DNA of 63,356 bases, filler included, from Stramenopiles sp. TOSAG23-3 (GCA_900128585.1; 50 parts of 50 records of this genome joined end to end with filler, not necessarily neighbours in it); one strand, 5' to 3'; shown: positions 46,353 through 58,727, counted from the first letter of the whole stretch. The notes: generated by a model from the sequence alone, not told the origin. Program-made: numbers and translations.

Positions 46353-47424
46353 CGCTGTCAATTCAGATTGCGGTTCCAGATGAGAGGAGGTCTTGCCTTT
46401 GTTTAATCAAAATCCTTTTCAGATGAAACGTTAGAAGCAGATGGGATATTTTATACTGCTTTCTGGTTGATTTTGACGATTCCAAACCATTCTGAGCTTC
46501 AAAAATTGTTCTATCCGGCCCATTAAGAATTAAGATACAGTAATGAAAACAGAAGCGGAACAAGAACAAGAACAAGAACAAGAAGAAACACACACACAAA
46601 TTTCTTCCGCTGCTGTTACTACCCGTAATACTTAAACTCTATATAGTATATGTAGTGTAACCCTAAAATATAATAGGTACGTAATAATATTATCATGATT
46701 AGCTCATTTTTATTAAGGTGTTTTAGTCGGAGTATAAGCGTTTATACCGGTATATTATTATCCATTCCAAATAATTAGTCTCTAGCAAAATTAAGGTGGA
46801 CAAACTTTAGTGTGCCACAGTGTGCCCACACCAAATTTTTTAAGTTTGGTAATAATAAGAATAAGAGTAAAGGGCTAAGTTGCTTTAATGTTATAATATA
46901 AGAACTGAATCGATAATAATTTGTTTGTATTCTACTTCGTTTTTATTATATCGGAATAGATGACTGACTTTTAATTAATTCAATTCGATAAGTTTATGTA
47001 TTACGATACTTAATTCAATTAATATAAGATTAATGAGGGAGGGGAGGGCCTATAATAGGAAAGGAAATTATTTTATTTTCTCTTTTCATAGTAGTCGTCT
47101 GTCTTTTTCNNNNNNNNNNNNNNNNNNNNNNNNNNNNNNNNNNNNNNNNNNNNTTAATTAATTAANNNNNNNNNNNNNNNNNNNNNNNNNNNNNNNNNNN
47201 NNNNNNNNNAAAACGAGATGATTTCTTTTTCTCTTCTTGGACTCCATCAATTAATTACGGTATAGTAGACTAATAGATAGGGAAATTGTTAATTAATTAA
47301 TTATGAATGTATATAAATACCACCTTTGCATATATTTTATGTATTGTTTACGTAACATATACACACAGGCTATCGATTTCAAAGAACACACTCTATTAAA
47401 CTAATCTCTACTTGTCGTCGTCTT

Positions 47425-48270
47425 CTACACGTCTGGTGCAGTGGAGACCACTTGGTCCATCCTTCTATCGACCCAGTATTGGTTTAATATCAACCCGATG
47501 GTGATGGAGAGGATCCCTGAGGTCCCAAAGACGGGGAAATGTAGGATCGAATCGTCGGCCTTGTCAAGTTTAAGGGTCGTGTCGTACACGTCGTACATGG
47601 TCAAAATGATGAAACTTAACGGTACGGAAGCATGGTTGGCGGCGTGGGCAATGTACGTCGTGTTGCTGTTCGCTACGACGAGTGGCAAAAACGAAACAAT
47701 CGCAAAACTGGTGATCATCAAAAGAGTGAACATGGGAAGGCCGACCTCGCAGTGTGGGTCCAGCGGGGTGCTTCCAATTCGGCAGGTCTCCCCCTCCGCG
47801 ACCTGGGCGGAGAGGACGCACAGCATGCCGTCGCGCAAGTTCGGGACCAGGTGGCTGACGCTCCAGTCGAACCGGTTGCCTTTCCCGTCCCCCGTGCAGG
47901 ACCAGGCCTGCAAGGAAAAAATCATCGGGGACAGTGGAACGCAGAGCAAGACTTGGAACACCGCCACCCATGCGTTGAAGTAGAACGGGTCCATCGGTTG
48001 CTTTCGCAGGGCGCTCCGTTTGTAAACATTGGCCAGCGCCGCCGGGACGCTGCTCCCCAGCAGGATCAGGGAATTCCACAGCACGAGCCGCGCGTTGGTG
48101 GCGGACGTGGGCGAGGGGGGGGCAGGGAACGCGACGGGTTTGGCCAACGGAAACATGGTGACGGCCGTCCCCAAGGTGATCAAAAAGAGCGCAAAGCACC
48201 GGGGCCCGGTGAACGCGGGTTGCTGGGCAACCTTGGGGCCCGAGCAAAGGAGGCGCTGCAGGACCGTCTG
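47425..48270 (-). CDS. CRT-like (PfCRT/CLT family, DMT superfamily) transporter, C-terminal part
   Basis: W..LI..SSVPAALANVYK, D.FYFNAWVAVFQ, Cys-rich loop (DG.LC...C...C), further TM segments. Confidence 0.75.
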   Translation of the reverse strand, partial: QTVLQRLLCSGPKVAQQPAFTGPRCFALFLITLGTAVTMFPLAKPVAFPAPPSPTSATNARLVLWNSLILLGSSVPAALANVYKRSALRKQPMDPFYFNAWVAVFQVLLCVPLSPMIFSLQAWSCTGDGKGNRFDWSVSHLVPNLRDGMLCVLSAQVAEGETCRIGSTPLDPHCEVGLPMFTLLMITSFAIVSFLPLVVANSNTTYIAHAANHASVPLSFIILTMYDVYDTTLKLDKADDSILHFPVFGTSGILSITIGLILNQYWVDRRMDQVVSTAPDV

Positions 48271-48372
48271 GANNNNNNNNNNNNNNNNNNNNNNNNNNNN
48301 NNNNNNNNNNNNNNNNTTAATTAATTAANNNNNNNNNNNNNNNNNNNNNNNNNNNNNNNNNNNNNNNNNNNN

Positions 48373-48630
48373 CGGGGAGTTGACGAGTTCCACGAAAAAC
48401 GTCGGGTCGAAGTTGTCCTTCAGCACTTGCAACTTCTCGGACGTCTTTCCCTCATGTTCCAAGAACGGCTGGACCGTCGCCATGGCCTTGCTCACCGCGT
48501 GAAACATCCCCAGGGTTTCCTGGGCCCGGGCACCGTGCCGGACCGTGTTCGCCACCGAAACCGCCTCGCTCGAGGTCAGCAACAGGAGGAACAACACCCC
48601 GTATACGTATTGCCTTGTATCCAACTTCAT
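48373..48630 (-). CDS. Secreted protein, N-terminal fragment
   Basis: Signal peptide YVYGVLFLLLLTSSEA; open to the contig end. Confidence 0.55.
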
Positions 48631-49388
48631 GGTTCGCTCCGATAGAGAAAAAGAAGAAAGAAATACAAATTAATCTAAACTACTGAATAAGAAGGTTCAC
48701 GTTTTCTACTCCATCTTCTTCGCTTACATTTCTTTCTCTCATGCTTCACTCTTTTCCTTCGTGCAAATGTATCAAATATTACAATTCCGTTCCATTTGAA
48801 CGATCGTAAAAATTTAGTTTTTTAAAGAATCGTTAAGAATTGAATAGGAAACAATAATTCACTAGAATACAATAATACCATTACAAGTATAAGCAAAGAA
48901 GCAAAGAAGTAGATCACTCCTTTTGATAGGACACTATAATTCATAACAATACGAATTATACAGCTACAACTACCAATTAAAAGGAAGAAAAGCATCCCCC
49001 ATTTTAAATGAACGAAAAAAGCAAAATGAAATGGTTTGCCTTCCTTGTTTTAATAATGTATAATATTGTATAAAGACTAAATGATATTATTGTTTTATAT
49101 TATAACAAGTTAGCAAAAATCGATGTGTTTTAATTAGAGTTTGTATGTATAGAATGTAATATTGTAACTAATAAATACAATGTTATTTGCATGGATGATG
49201 AATTGTATGTTGTCCATTAATCGTATAAAAGTTATCGTTATATATTTGTTTAATATTTTGAATAATTAATGTAATTATATAAATAGGATATCACAAAAAA
49301 TGAATTTCATTTCTCTACTTCTTATTTATTCTAGTTTAAATTATATATAAAATACTGATTCCTCCACTATTGCGTCCAGACAATCTTG

Positions 49389-49418
49389 TTATTAGGTCCA
49401 GGCGCCTGGACGTAATAA
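49389..49418. repeat. 30-bp near-perfect palindrome
   Basis: TTATTAG-GTCCAGGCGCCTGGAC-GTAATAA; perfect 16-bp core, one mispair. Confidence 0.8.
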
Positions 49419-49536
49419 GAGAAATTTCCAGTTATNNNNNNNNNNNNNNNNNNNNNNNNNNNNNNNNNNNNNNNNNNNNTTAATTAATTAANNNNNNNNN
49501 NNNNNNNNNNNNNNNNNNNNNNNNNNNNNNNNNNNA

Positions 49537-50598
49537 AACAACGACGAGGAGTATTTTGCAATGATAGAGAAAGAAGAAGCGGAGAGAGAATTCGTACGAA
49601 AAGAGAAAGAGCGCGAGAAGAAGGAGAACGAGACGATGGAAGCCGAGGAAAAACAGCTGCGCGCCGTGCTGTGGGCCCGGCAATTGGAGGAGTTGCAGTC
49701 TTCCAAGAAAGCCGCCGTGTTCAACGAAGTTCTAAAACAGCGACGGTTGACTCTTGAACGCTACTACGACCCGGACGGCATTACAGTGGCAGAGCGTCAA
49801 AAAATAGAGCAAGCGGAACGGCTACGGAATGACAAGCTGGAAAAGGATCAAAGGGAGCGGGAGTTTCAGGAGTTTTGTGCGGCAAAGATGGAGCTGGAAG
49901 ATACTCTGTCATGCAAGTGTCGCGAACAAGAATTGCACGAGCTGGAGGTCCAACGGCAGCGGGCGCTCGCCCGAGAGGAGAAGAAAATTGCCCAGAGGGA
50001 AATGTTGCTTATGGACGATGAGGACAGCCTCGCCTGCGCGATTATAGAAGAGGAAGAGCGCGTGAGGGCGTACGAAGAGCACCAGGCAAGGCTGGCGGCG
50101 ATCATGCACAAGCCGTGGAAACCAGCTACCCAGGGTGACGACAACCCGATTTTGTTTGTCCCCTTCGGACTCGATGAAAAACGTGTGATGCCCATGCCAT
50201 ACTTTCAAGAGGTAAAAAAGATTCCTATGGTGCGGTCGCAGTACGAGCTGCCACCCGTCAGGAAGCACCGGTCGGCAGGAGGAAAACGGCCCGTAACGTA
50301 TAAAAACAATCGGTGGGCCGATGACGGAGAAGACAATCGACCGAGCACGTCCCCCATCCGCGCACGCCCTCCCCTGAGCAACCAAATTGATACAACGACC
50401 CGGAACAACATTCAACTTGCATCTGAGTACGACCATGACGATAATGCGTACTTTGTTGACGAGGGCGTAGATGGACCTGCCAAAGAATTTTACAGCCGCA
50501 CGATTTCCCAGGAGTCTCTCTTTAAGCGCTCTCGTGAGCACAGAAGACCGACGAAACGTAGCTCAAGTGCACGGCGAATTGACGGCGGCGTCGTGACC
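49537..50598 (+). CDS. E/R-rich coiled-coil protein fragment
   Basis: Open across the contig; charged helical N-terminal half and RPSTS-type disordered C-terminal half. Confidence 0.75.
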
Positions 50599-50698
50599 NN
50601 NNNNNNNNNNNNNNNNNNNNNNNNNNNNNNNNNNNNNNNNNNTTAATTAATTAANNNNNNNNNNNNNNNNNNNNNNNNNNNNNNNNNNNNNNNNNNNN

Positions 50699-51760
50699 TC
50701 GCGACTGCTTCAACTTTGTGAACAAGGAACATTTGTTATCCTTAACGTACCGATAATTTTCGATCCCTTCCTGAATTGTGGTCATGCTTGAGTCAGACCC
50801 TTTAAGTGCTCCTTTGTATGCCAGACTCGGTCCAATTTTGTTGTTTTCAAACGTTGCTTGTGAACTCTTGATAAAGTATGTTTCTGTAATCTTGGAGTCG
50901 CGGTGGTAGAAAGTCACCGAGGGGTAGAGCGAATATTCCCTGCGGGGAGCGCCTTTACTACTACTGCCTTCATTTTGTTTAATCTTTTCTTCTAACTTTT
51001 TTCGACCTACAAAGACTTTATTGCGGTACCGCAAAATTCCATTGACATAGATCTCGAAGTCGTGCGTCTCCAACCCATTCAACACGTTATGGTTGTTTAA
51101 GATGATGGCCACACGATCTCCCTCAAATATACGGCCGCAAAATCTGCGCTCGTAGGCTGGGTTTGGTTTCTTATCTGAAAGTAACCGCGCCTGCCCTTTG
51201 GGCCAGGGTCCTCCTTCATCGGCACCGCAGTGCTCCCACCTGTCGTCTAACTGATCGGACGAGTAGAACCCCCCACACAAGTTCATCGATGGGTCGATAG
51301 GGTTTATATAGTATCCCCCAGAGCAGTGCTCTTTCTTTCTCCCACATTTCGAGATGTAGACACCGTAATGAACGTCATCACCCATTTTCCCACACATGCT
51401 CTCGCTGTAGCTATTTTTTGGGCACTCTTCAGAGAGGCCGACCGCAACGTACTGTTTGAACCCATTTTTTTCGTGAGCACGTTTGTAATTGTTCGGGTCC
51501 CAGGTAAACTCGATTCCACGGTTATCTGAACCAGGTTTTATCCTCTCTGATTCCGTCTTCACTCCATCAATTTTATTGTCGAGCCGCCAATGGTACTCAA
51601 GCGATCCGTACTGATTGTTGCACTCTTTCCTGTGGCCCTTCCGTGGGCTACAAAGATCGTGGACGCAACGTGCGCTAAATTTTTGCGTGTCTTTACCATC
51701 AATGGTAAAGTGGTCAATCATCTTGCACTTGTTCTCATCGCGAGAATCTTTTCTCTCTGC
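50699..51760 (-). CDS. Cys-containing hypothetical protein fragment, probably extracellular
   Basis: Open across the contig; GDRVAI...YVNG...LYPSVTF is weakly SPRY-like. Confidence 0.65.
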
Positions 51761-52032
51761 GNNNNNNNNNNNNNNNNNNNNNNNNNNNNNNNNNNNNNNN
51801 NNNNNTTAATTAATTAANNNNNNNNNNNNNNNNNNNNNNNNNNNNNNNNNNNNNNNNNNNNTGGTGTGTCTGTTTCAAACTATAAAAAAATAAAAATACA
51901 CGAAGAAGATGGGACGCGACGGGTACCCGAAAATAAAAAAACAAAACAAAAAAACAACAGGCACACAGTACCTATTATATAGTTAAAATAATAATTCGAG
52001 GAGCGAGGATGCTGCTTTTTTTATGTTGTGGG

Positions 52033-52149
52033 CTTTTCTTCTTCTTCTTCTTCTTCTTCTTCTTTCTTCTCTCTTCTTCTTCTCTCTTCTTCTTCTTCTT
52101 CTTCTTCTTCTTTCTTCTCTCTTCTTCTTCTTCTTCTTCCTTCTTCTTC
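52033..52149 (+). repeat. (TTC)n microsatellite
   Basis: Directly visible. Confidence 0.85.
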
Positions 52150-52696
52150 ATTTTTGAAAATGAAAACAAAAGAAGAAATTAAGTTTTAATGCTGTGTGGA
52201 TATTAAATAAAACGTTAGGGAAAAGTCAGCACATATAATACATAAATATATAAGAATACAATAGAATAGACTAAGAAGGTGGAGGTCCCAAGTTTTTCCG
52301 AAAGAAGGAAGAAAAAAAGCATTATTTTTATGAAAAAATTCTTCTTCTTTTTTATCTTATTTTAATTAAATATATGGATTATTCAATGCTGTGTATATAT
52401 ATTCGAATAAGTCAAATAAAATAATTGAAGAATAATTCTGGTGCAGAAAAAAATTCCAAAGGAATGACGAAATAAGTTAAAATTAAGGTTTATTTCTTCA
52501 TAATGAAGTATTTGTGTCTGTAGGGAATAAATAATTTTATTCCATTTTAATACAATCAATATTTATTATTTAAATCAATATTCAACGTATTTATTCCAGA
52601 GAAAACAACACCTTAATAAAATATTGTGCGTGGGCATTTATTTATTATTTATATTTATACCCACACCTCTCGATCTTGTAAAAAAATTATTAAGTT

Positions 52697-52710
52697 AATG
52701 CTGTGTCTAT
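52697..52710. promoter_or_regulatory. Recurrent intergenic motif AATGCTGTGTCTAT (function unknown)
   Basis: Identical 14-mer at 58281. The 9-mer core also occurs at 52189 and 52386, and reversed at 18862, 37308 and 42800. Confidence 0.4.
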
Positions 52711-53024
52711 ATATAATAAAAAAAAGCAAACAACGTCGTCGTCGTTGAGAGAAGAAGATAATAATACTTTTTTTAGATTATTATATTTCAATGTGTCATA
52801 AATATTTTACAAGGATACTTTTGATAATCAAAAAAATACAAAACAAAGGAAAAAGATAGACAGGTAACCAGTCTATCGGGGGATATCACTTCTTTTAACA
52901 AAATATTATGTCTGTCTGTTCTCNNNNNNNNNNNNNNNNNNNNNNNNNNNNNNNNNNNNNNNNNNNNTTAATTAATTAANNNNNNNNNNNNNNNNNNNNN
53001 NNNNNNNNNNNNNNNNNNNNNNNG

Positions 53025-54085
53025 CCACCCTGTGCCAAAGATAAAAAAACTGGCAATACCACAATATTTAGAATGCCGTGTGCAGTGTGCCAGGCACTAT
53101 ACGATACAAATGGACCTTGCGGGGTCCTTTTTGCCAATGCAAACCCAAAATTTTCTGTTCGGGTCAACAGTAACACGTATGCTACGAAACTGAACAAGGC
53201 TATTGAAAATATGGAGGAACAGTACTATGTTTACGACCAGTACAACGACCACCAAACGTCGCTGTACAAAGCTGTGTTTAAGTTTATGTTTGAAGTTGTA
53301 GAAGATGGATGCGACGCAAAAGGTTGCTACGCTTGCGGCCGGAGTTTCAACGCCTTCTCCTGTGAAACCCCTTGGAGTGTGGATGAGACTTTTAGTAGGT
53401 GGTGCACGGGCAGCAAGTGCAGCTCAAACTATTTGAACGGTAGCTTTCCACGGAATGCCTTGTCACCAATCAGTGTTAGTGATACCAAATTACCGTATAT
53501 GTCCTGTGCACAAAGAAATTTGACTAGGTGCAGCATTCAGGCATCGACTCGGCCAGAGAACGAGACCAAACAAAACGAAGCCAAGCCGGCTACTGGTACG
53601 CTTCTGAATATTTCTGGTATTTCATCGACAGAATTTGCAAACTGTGACCCGTACGTTCAACCGTTGGCGTGCTTCATGGAAGATCAGCCGGTGTCGCTGA
53701 ACCGGCAAAGCCCGTATTGCGCTGTTCGAGTAGTTCCAGGCCAAAACACCACTTCCGCGCAATACATAGTTTTGATGGATCTTTTTTTCAGCTATGCCTA
53801 CGACCAACTTGCAGAAGAACTTTTGGATGGTTCATCAAACCTCGAGCAGTGCAAACTATTGCTGAAACGTGCGTTGTGCCCCATATTGGCACCCCCGTGC
53901 ACCAATCAGTGCTCTGCGCAACGGGTGCCGTGCACGTGGTGTAAAACTGTAATTGAGACACCAAACGCGTGCTTCAGCGGAGACGCCAGTGTTGGAACTG
54001 CAACACTCGTTGACATGAAAGCGAATATAAAGAATTTGGGAAATGATAAGTTTTTGGCTTTAAACCAGTTGAAATCCTTCTACAA
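53025..54085 (+). CDS. Cys-rich extracellular protein with Frizzled-CRD-like domain, fragment
   Basis: Open across the contig; C...L...LC...APPC...C.....PC..C..V.....C spacing. Confidence 0.65.
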
Positions 54086-54186
54086 NNNNNNNNNNNNNNN
54101 NNNNNNNNNNNNNNNNNNNNNNNNNNNNNTTAATTAATTAANNNNNNNNNNNNNNNNNNNNNNNNNNNNNNNNNNNNNNNNNNNNC

Positions 54187-54279
54187 AAACTTTTGAATCA
54201 TGTCCAGCATCCCTTGGGGCTGATCGTACGGAGCAATGTGCCCAGCACCGCGCACAATGATGTAGCTAAACTTCACATT
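54187..54279 (-). pseudogene. Isolated C-terminal fragment of a serine carboxypeptidase (S10)
   Basis: FSYIIVRGAGHIAPYDQP catalytic His motif, with no upstream coding region on the contig. Confidence 0.6.
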
Positions 54280-54414
54280 GGCGATGCAGGTCTGGAGCAT
54301 TTGTCCAACGCGTTGCCCAAGATGAAAGCATTGGAAGGTGTAAAAAAAAAAAGCATTGGTGGTGTAAATAAAACAAAGTAAGGGTTCCATTCTTTATTGT
54401 CAGATCTGCTAGAA

Positions 54415-55245
54415 CTATTTGCTTTTCTTCGCTGGCCCATGCAGTTCCAATTCTCTTTTTCGATCCCGATCAATGCCATTCCTCAAATCTTTCAATAACC
54501 GAGATACTGTGTCTTCCATTGTTTCTTGATCACGCTGGTTCTGTTCTTTTGCGATTCGCTCTAAGCCTTGGGATTGTAATTTCCTCACATGCTCGTTCAT
54601 GAAATGTTCCATGAACGCTTTGTTTTTGTCAGTGCCCTGCTCGTGAAAATAGGCCCTGTCGACTGTGTAATTGTCGAAATTCGAGTGCTGCTTGCTCAAG
54701 ACATTCGCATAGACTTCGCTGACGACTGCAATGAAAATGTTCATCATCACCATTGTCAGCGTAATTACCATGATCACAAAAATGAAAAATGAGACGTACA
54801 CGTTCGACGCTTCCATTGCATCTAAATTGAGACCGAAGTCCCCAAACAATGCCAACAGTACGCGCTGTTGTGAGCGAAAAAAATTTCGAAATTCTGTAAC
54901 TTCCGAACCAAACGCAAAGGTAAACCCAAGCGAAAAGTAGAACATCATTGAAAGTAGGAAAACGTAAAATGGCAGTATATGCGGGTGAAAGAAAGTGGCG
55001 GTAATTGCCATCACACGTGGACCCAGGTACGGAAAGAGCAAAAACAATTTCATTGAATGGACGCCCGAAACAACAAACAAGCATGCCATCAAATCTTGCA
55101 TGCGAGAACCTGTGGCAACATACGGTCCGATTAAATCCATAAAAACGTTTTTCTCTCCTTTCAACTCAAGCATTATCTCACCTGAAACTTTCTCACGAAG
55201 CGATAAGTAGTCAAGAAAGTCGATCACCCAAAAGAAAAAGAAAAC
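54415..55245 (-). CDS. Polycystin/TRP-type cation channel, S4-S6 and C-terminus
   Basis: F...FG.....FRNF..S....L.ALFGDF pore region; S6 MMNIFIAVVSEVY. Confidence 0.85.
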   Translation of the reverse strand, partial: VFFFFWVIDFLDYLSLREKVSGEIMLELKGEKNVFMDLIGPYVATGSRMQDLMACLFVVSGVHSMKLFLLFPYLGPRVMAITATFFHPHILPFYVFLLSMMFYFSLGFTFAFGSEVTEFRNFFRSQQRVLLALFGDFGLNLDAMEASNVYVSFFIFVIMVITLTMVMMNIFIAVVSEVYANVLSKQHSNFDNYTVDRAYFHEQGTDKNKAFMEHFMNEHVRKLQSQGLERIAKEQNQRDQETMEDTVSRLLKDLRNGIDRDRKRELELHGPAKKSK

Positions 55246-55346
55246 ANNNNNNNNNNNNNNNNNNNNNNNNNNNNNNNNNNNNNNNNNNNNTTAATTAATT
55301 AANNNNNNNNNNNNNNNNNNNNNNNNNNNNNNNNNNNNNNNNNNNN

Positions 55347-56406
55347 TTGATTTTTTGGTGCGTGCTCCAATTCGACGAACCGAATACCAAGTAGGGTGGA
55401 TCCGCTACGAGGACTGGGGGGTCTAGCACTGAGCTCCCGTTCTTCAACGTAATGTTGGTCTGAACTCTTACCGGGGCCGTCGGTTTCGTCTCCAATTTGA
55501 CGCCGTAAGCCACTTTATCACCTTCCAGAGAAAAAAACGGCAAAAATTTCAGATTGTACGATTCGTCAAAACTGACAACCTCCTGTGTGTACTCATCGCG
55601 GCTGATCGTCCATAAAAATACGTCCGCGTTGTCATCGTTGATGACTTTTATGGAAAGTATTTGGTCATCCGCGTTAGCGTACGCCGTATCGGTGGTTGAC
55701 ACACTGTGTGTAACGGTGCATATGGTCGCCACGGCGCCGGTCCCTTCGTCCACGTCGTTGCCGCTCGTTTGCACGCTCACGTCTACTTTGTCCGCGTCGG
55801 AGTTGGTCGTAAATGCAATATTTTTTGAAATTGTAAAGGACTGAATTCGGCAGGAGCGTTGAGCTGTTAGAGCTTGAGACAACATTAAGAGGTAGAACCG
55901 GGGAGGGGGCGATAATTACTTACTGTTGGCGATACGGTACAGGTAAAACCAGACTCGGATGATTCGGCCTTTACGTGCAATATTACATCATGCGTCCTTG
56001 TCAGGCCCGTCGATAAATCTACTTTATAGGCAAGCGTTCCGTTCCCGCCCACACTTTGATCAAGGTTGGTGTTTATAGTGATCCCACCAACGTTTGATTC
56101 GTAGCAATATTTGTGTGGGGGTGAGATCTGCCCATTCACCGTTACAACTACATCTTTGCAGTCGCCTTGACTCGCGGCTACGTTGTAGTCGCATTGAAGG
56201 TTCGTTCCGTTATTGTTTTCTGCGAACTCTGGGGCTGTACATTCTATGCCACAGCTAGTCTCACCGTGCTTAAAAACTTCGACGCTTATGTCCCCAATGA
56301 CAACACCCAGATGAGTACTGTGAAGTTTCAATTTTCCACCAGCAAATGGTGGGTTAAGCGGGATAGATGTAATATTTGGAGGAGGGAACGAGATCAAGAC
56401 CTCGTT
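55347..56406 (-). CDS. Large extracellular beta-rich (IPT/TIG and Calx-beta-like) protein fragment, two exons
   Basis: Exons 56406-55924 and 55840-55347 splice in frame to give CTVSPT-SFTISK; Y.V.L.T.PT..V and L.F.SSNWST.Q motifs. Confidence 0.8.
55841..55923 (-). other. 83-nt spliceosomal (U2) intron
   Basis: GTAAGT donor, CTAAC branch point at 55870-55866, TTCAG acceptor; phase 0, restores the frame. Confidence 0.85.
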
Positions 56407-56507
56407 TNNNNNNNNNNNNNNNNNNNNNNNNNNNNNNNNNNNNNNNNNNNNTTAATTAATTAANNNNNNNNNNNNNNNNNNNNNNNNNNNNNNNNNNNNN
56501 NNNNNNN

Positions 56508-57565
56508 GTATTTCTTTCAAATAGAGCTTTTCTGAAATCTTAAAAGTATCGATGCAAAATACAATATTATTAACTGCAATTTGAATTACAGCACAACCAT
56601 CTTTACGAGAATTACTAAATTCTGAATCAACACCAACATGAATAAAATTATTATTCAGTATTGTATCATGTAATTTTTTAAAATAATGCTCCATCCATTC
56701 CATTCTTTCAAGAGTATTGATCCAAAATACATTATTAATGGCAACAGCTGTTGCATTATTAGGTGCAATATGATTATTATTAGTAGTATTATTCACCATA
56801 TCATCTAATTTATTCTCATTATTATTATCATAAATAAGTCTTAAATCTAAAAAAATTAGTGATCGTCGGGTGTATTCCTTCAAATTTGCGTGTATATTGC
56901 TTTGGTAAAGGTATCTCTTTATATGTTTTTGACAAAGATGGGAATAAATGTAACCATGTGAGGTAAGGGGTATTATTGCTGCTCGTCTTCTCCTCACAAT
57001 TACCCAATTGCTTCAACTTATTATTATTGTTGTTACTAGTACTATTTTTATTTTTATCTTTTTGAATATATTTTTCTATTATCTTCTTATATTCAGGAGA
57101 AAAACGAGGCAAGTAAATTTCTTCTAAATATTTCAAGACTTGTGATTTTGAATTTAAATCATCATTAGAATAGTAATTCATAATCAATTTCAAAATATTA
57201 CGCTGTAATTTTCTTGCAGCTCTTACTGAGGTGCAAGCATTGAGTTTATTATCTAACTCATTTACCGCGATTATTGTTTCTTGAATGGAAGAGATATTAT
57301 TCAAAGATTGCAACATTTCACATAATAAAATATTATTCCTCTTTTTGTCGTTCAAATTATTGGACTGAAAAACGGTATGAAATTCATGTTGTAAATTTTG
57401 ATATGCTTTTTTTTGATTTCGTCCAACAGCTTTACCAGTCAAACTCATTCTATAGACTAATGCTTTTCTGATTATACTATCGTCAAAAAATGTTTTATTA
57501 CTACTACTATCAACATTATTAGTATTATTGCTGGTGAAAGTATCATGAAGCCAATCATTCAATGA
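56508..57565 (-). CDS. DEDDy 3'-5' exonuclease (EXD/mut-7/WRN-exo-like) fragment with frameshift
   Basis: VGVDSEF......AVIQIA....VFCID. Two ORFs join if one base is removed from the A7 run at 56849-56855. Confidence 0.7.
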
Positions 57566-58535
57566 TTNNNNNNNNNNNNNNNNNNNNNNNNNNNNNNNNN
57601 NNNNNNNNNNNTTAATTAATTAANNNNNNNNNNNNNNNNNNNNNNNNNNNNNNNNNNNNNNNNNNNNGAAGAATGATTATTATTATTAATTAAACTTTTA
57701 TAGTGAATGATGTTATTTCTATGTTCTTCTTCTTTGTCTTGGAGCTTCTTTCTTCTATTAATTAATATTATTGATTATTCAAAATGCATCATTTTACATA
57801 GAAATAACAAAGAAGAAACAAATCGAACGAACTGCTTTTCAACGTCTTCTCCTCAAAAAAAAGAAAAGAAAGGAAGAAATAACAGTTTTTATAACTACAT
57901 AAGAATACCATAACAATAAAATAAATAAGGGAAATGAAGAAAAAAGAAAAGAAAGAAAGAAAGAAGTGTTTCTTCCATTATATAACAATACCATAATATA
58001 AATATAATTAAGGTCAATTAATTTAACATTATATTATTCTTAACACCTAAAACCAATGACCATACTATATAATATAAATAAATATTCAAAACACGACAGA
58101 ATAGAAATACATTTCTTTTTTCCACTATTTTCCTAAGATGGTTTCAATTGATCGCATTCATCCCTTCGTGTTGGATGCTGTATCTATATTAGTGGATTAC
58201 TTTATTGCCTATTAAAAATATTCATAAAGTATAGTAATTCATTATACTAACAGTTTTGCCGTTACATAAACAAGATATCCAATGCTGTGTCTATGTTAAT
58301 ACGATGATCTTGCCCTTTTTTAACGCATTTTTTATTTCATATTTTAAGTTAAAAAAAATTATTAGGATTAAATTTTGAGCATGGTTCTATAAACTATAAA
58401 TGTACATATAACAAACGACACCGATAGTTTTAGAGAACAACAGCTTTGAGTTGGTATTACGGAATTGCGCGATTGTTCTTTTGTTGTTCCTTTCTTGATT
58501 GAGAGTTCAAGCATTGTATTATTTGTTCGTTAGGT

Positions 58536-58727
58536 ATGTTGGCTCCCCGTAATTTGTCTGACCCTTATGGCAAGGCAGGCGGGAAGGCGAAGCGACGGCA
58601 ACGGCCTTGGGCGAACGCGACCAAGGGTGAGGTAGAGAATAGAGAAAGCAAATGGGCGGCTGGGACGATGCAGAAACATAGGAATTATTATGGCCGTGGG
58701 GTAACGAAACCGCGCCCGGTGACCGCG
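58536..58727 (+). CDS. Hypothetical protein N-terminus
   Basis: GC shift at the ATG; open to the contig end. Confidence 0.35.
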
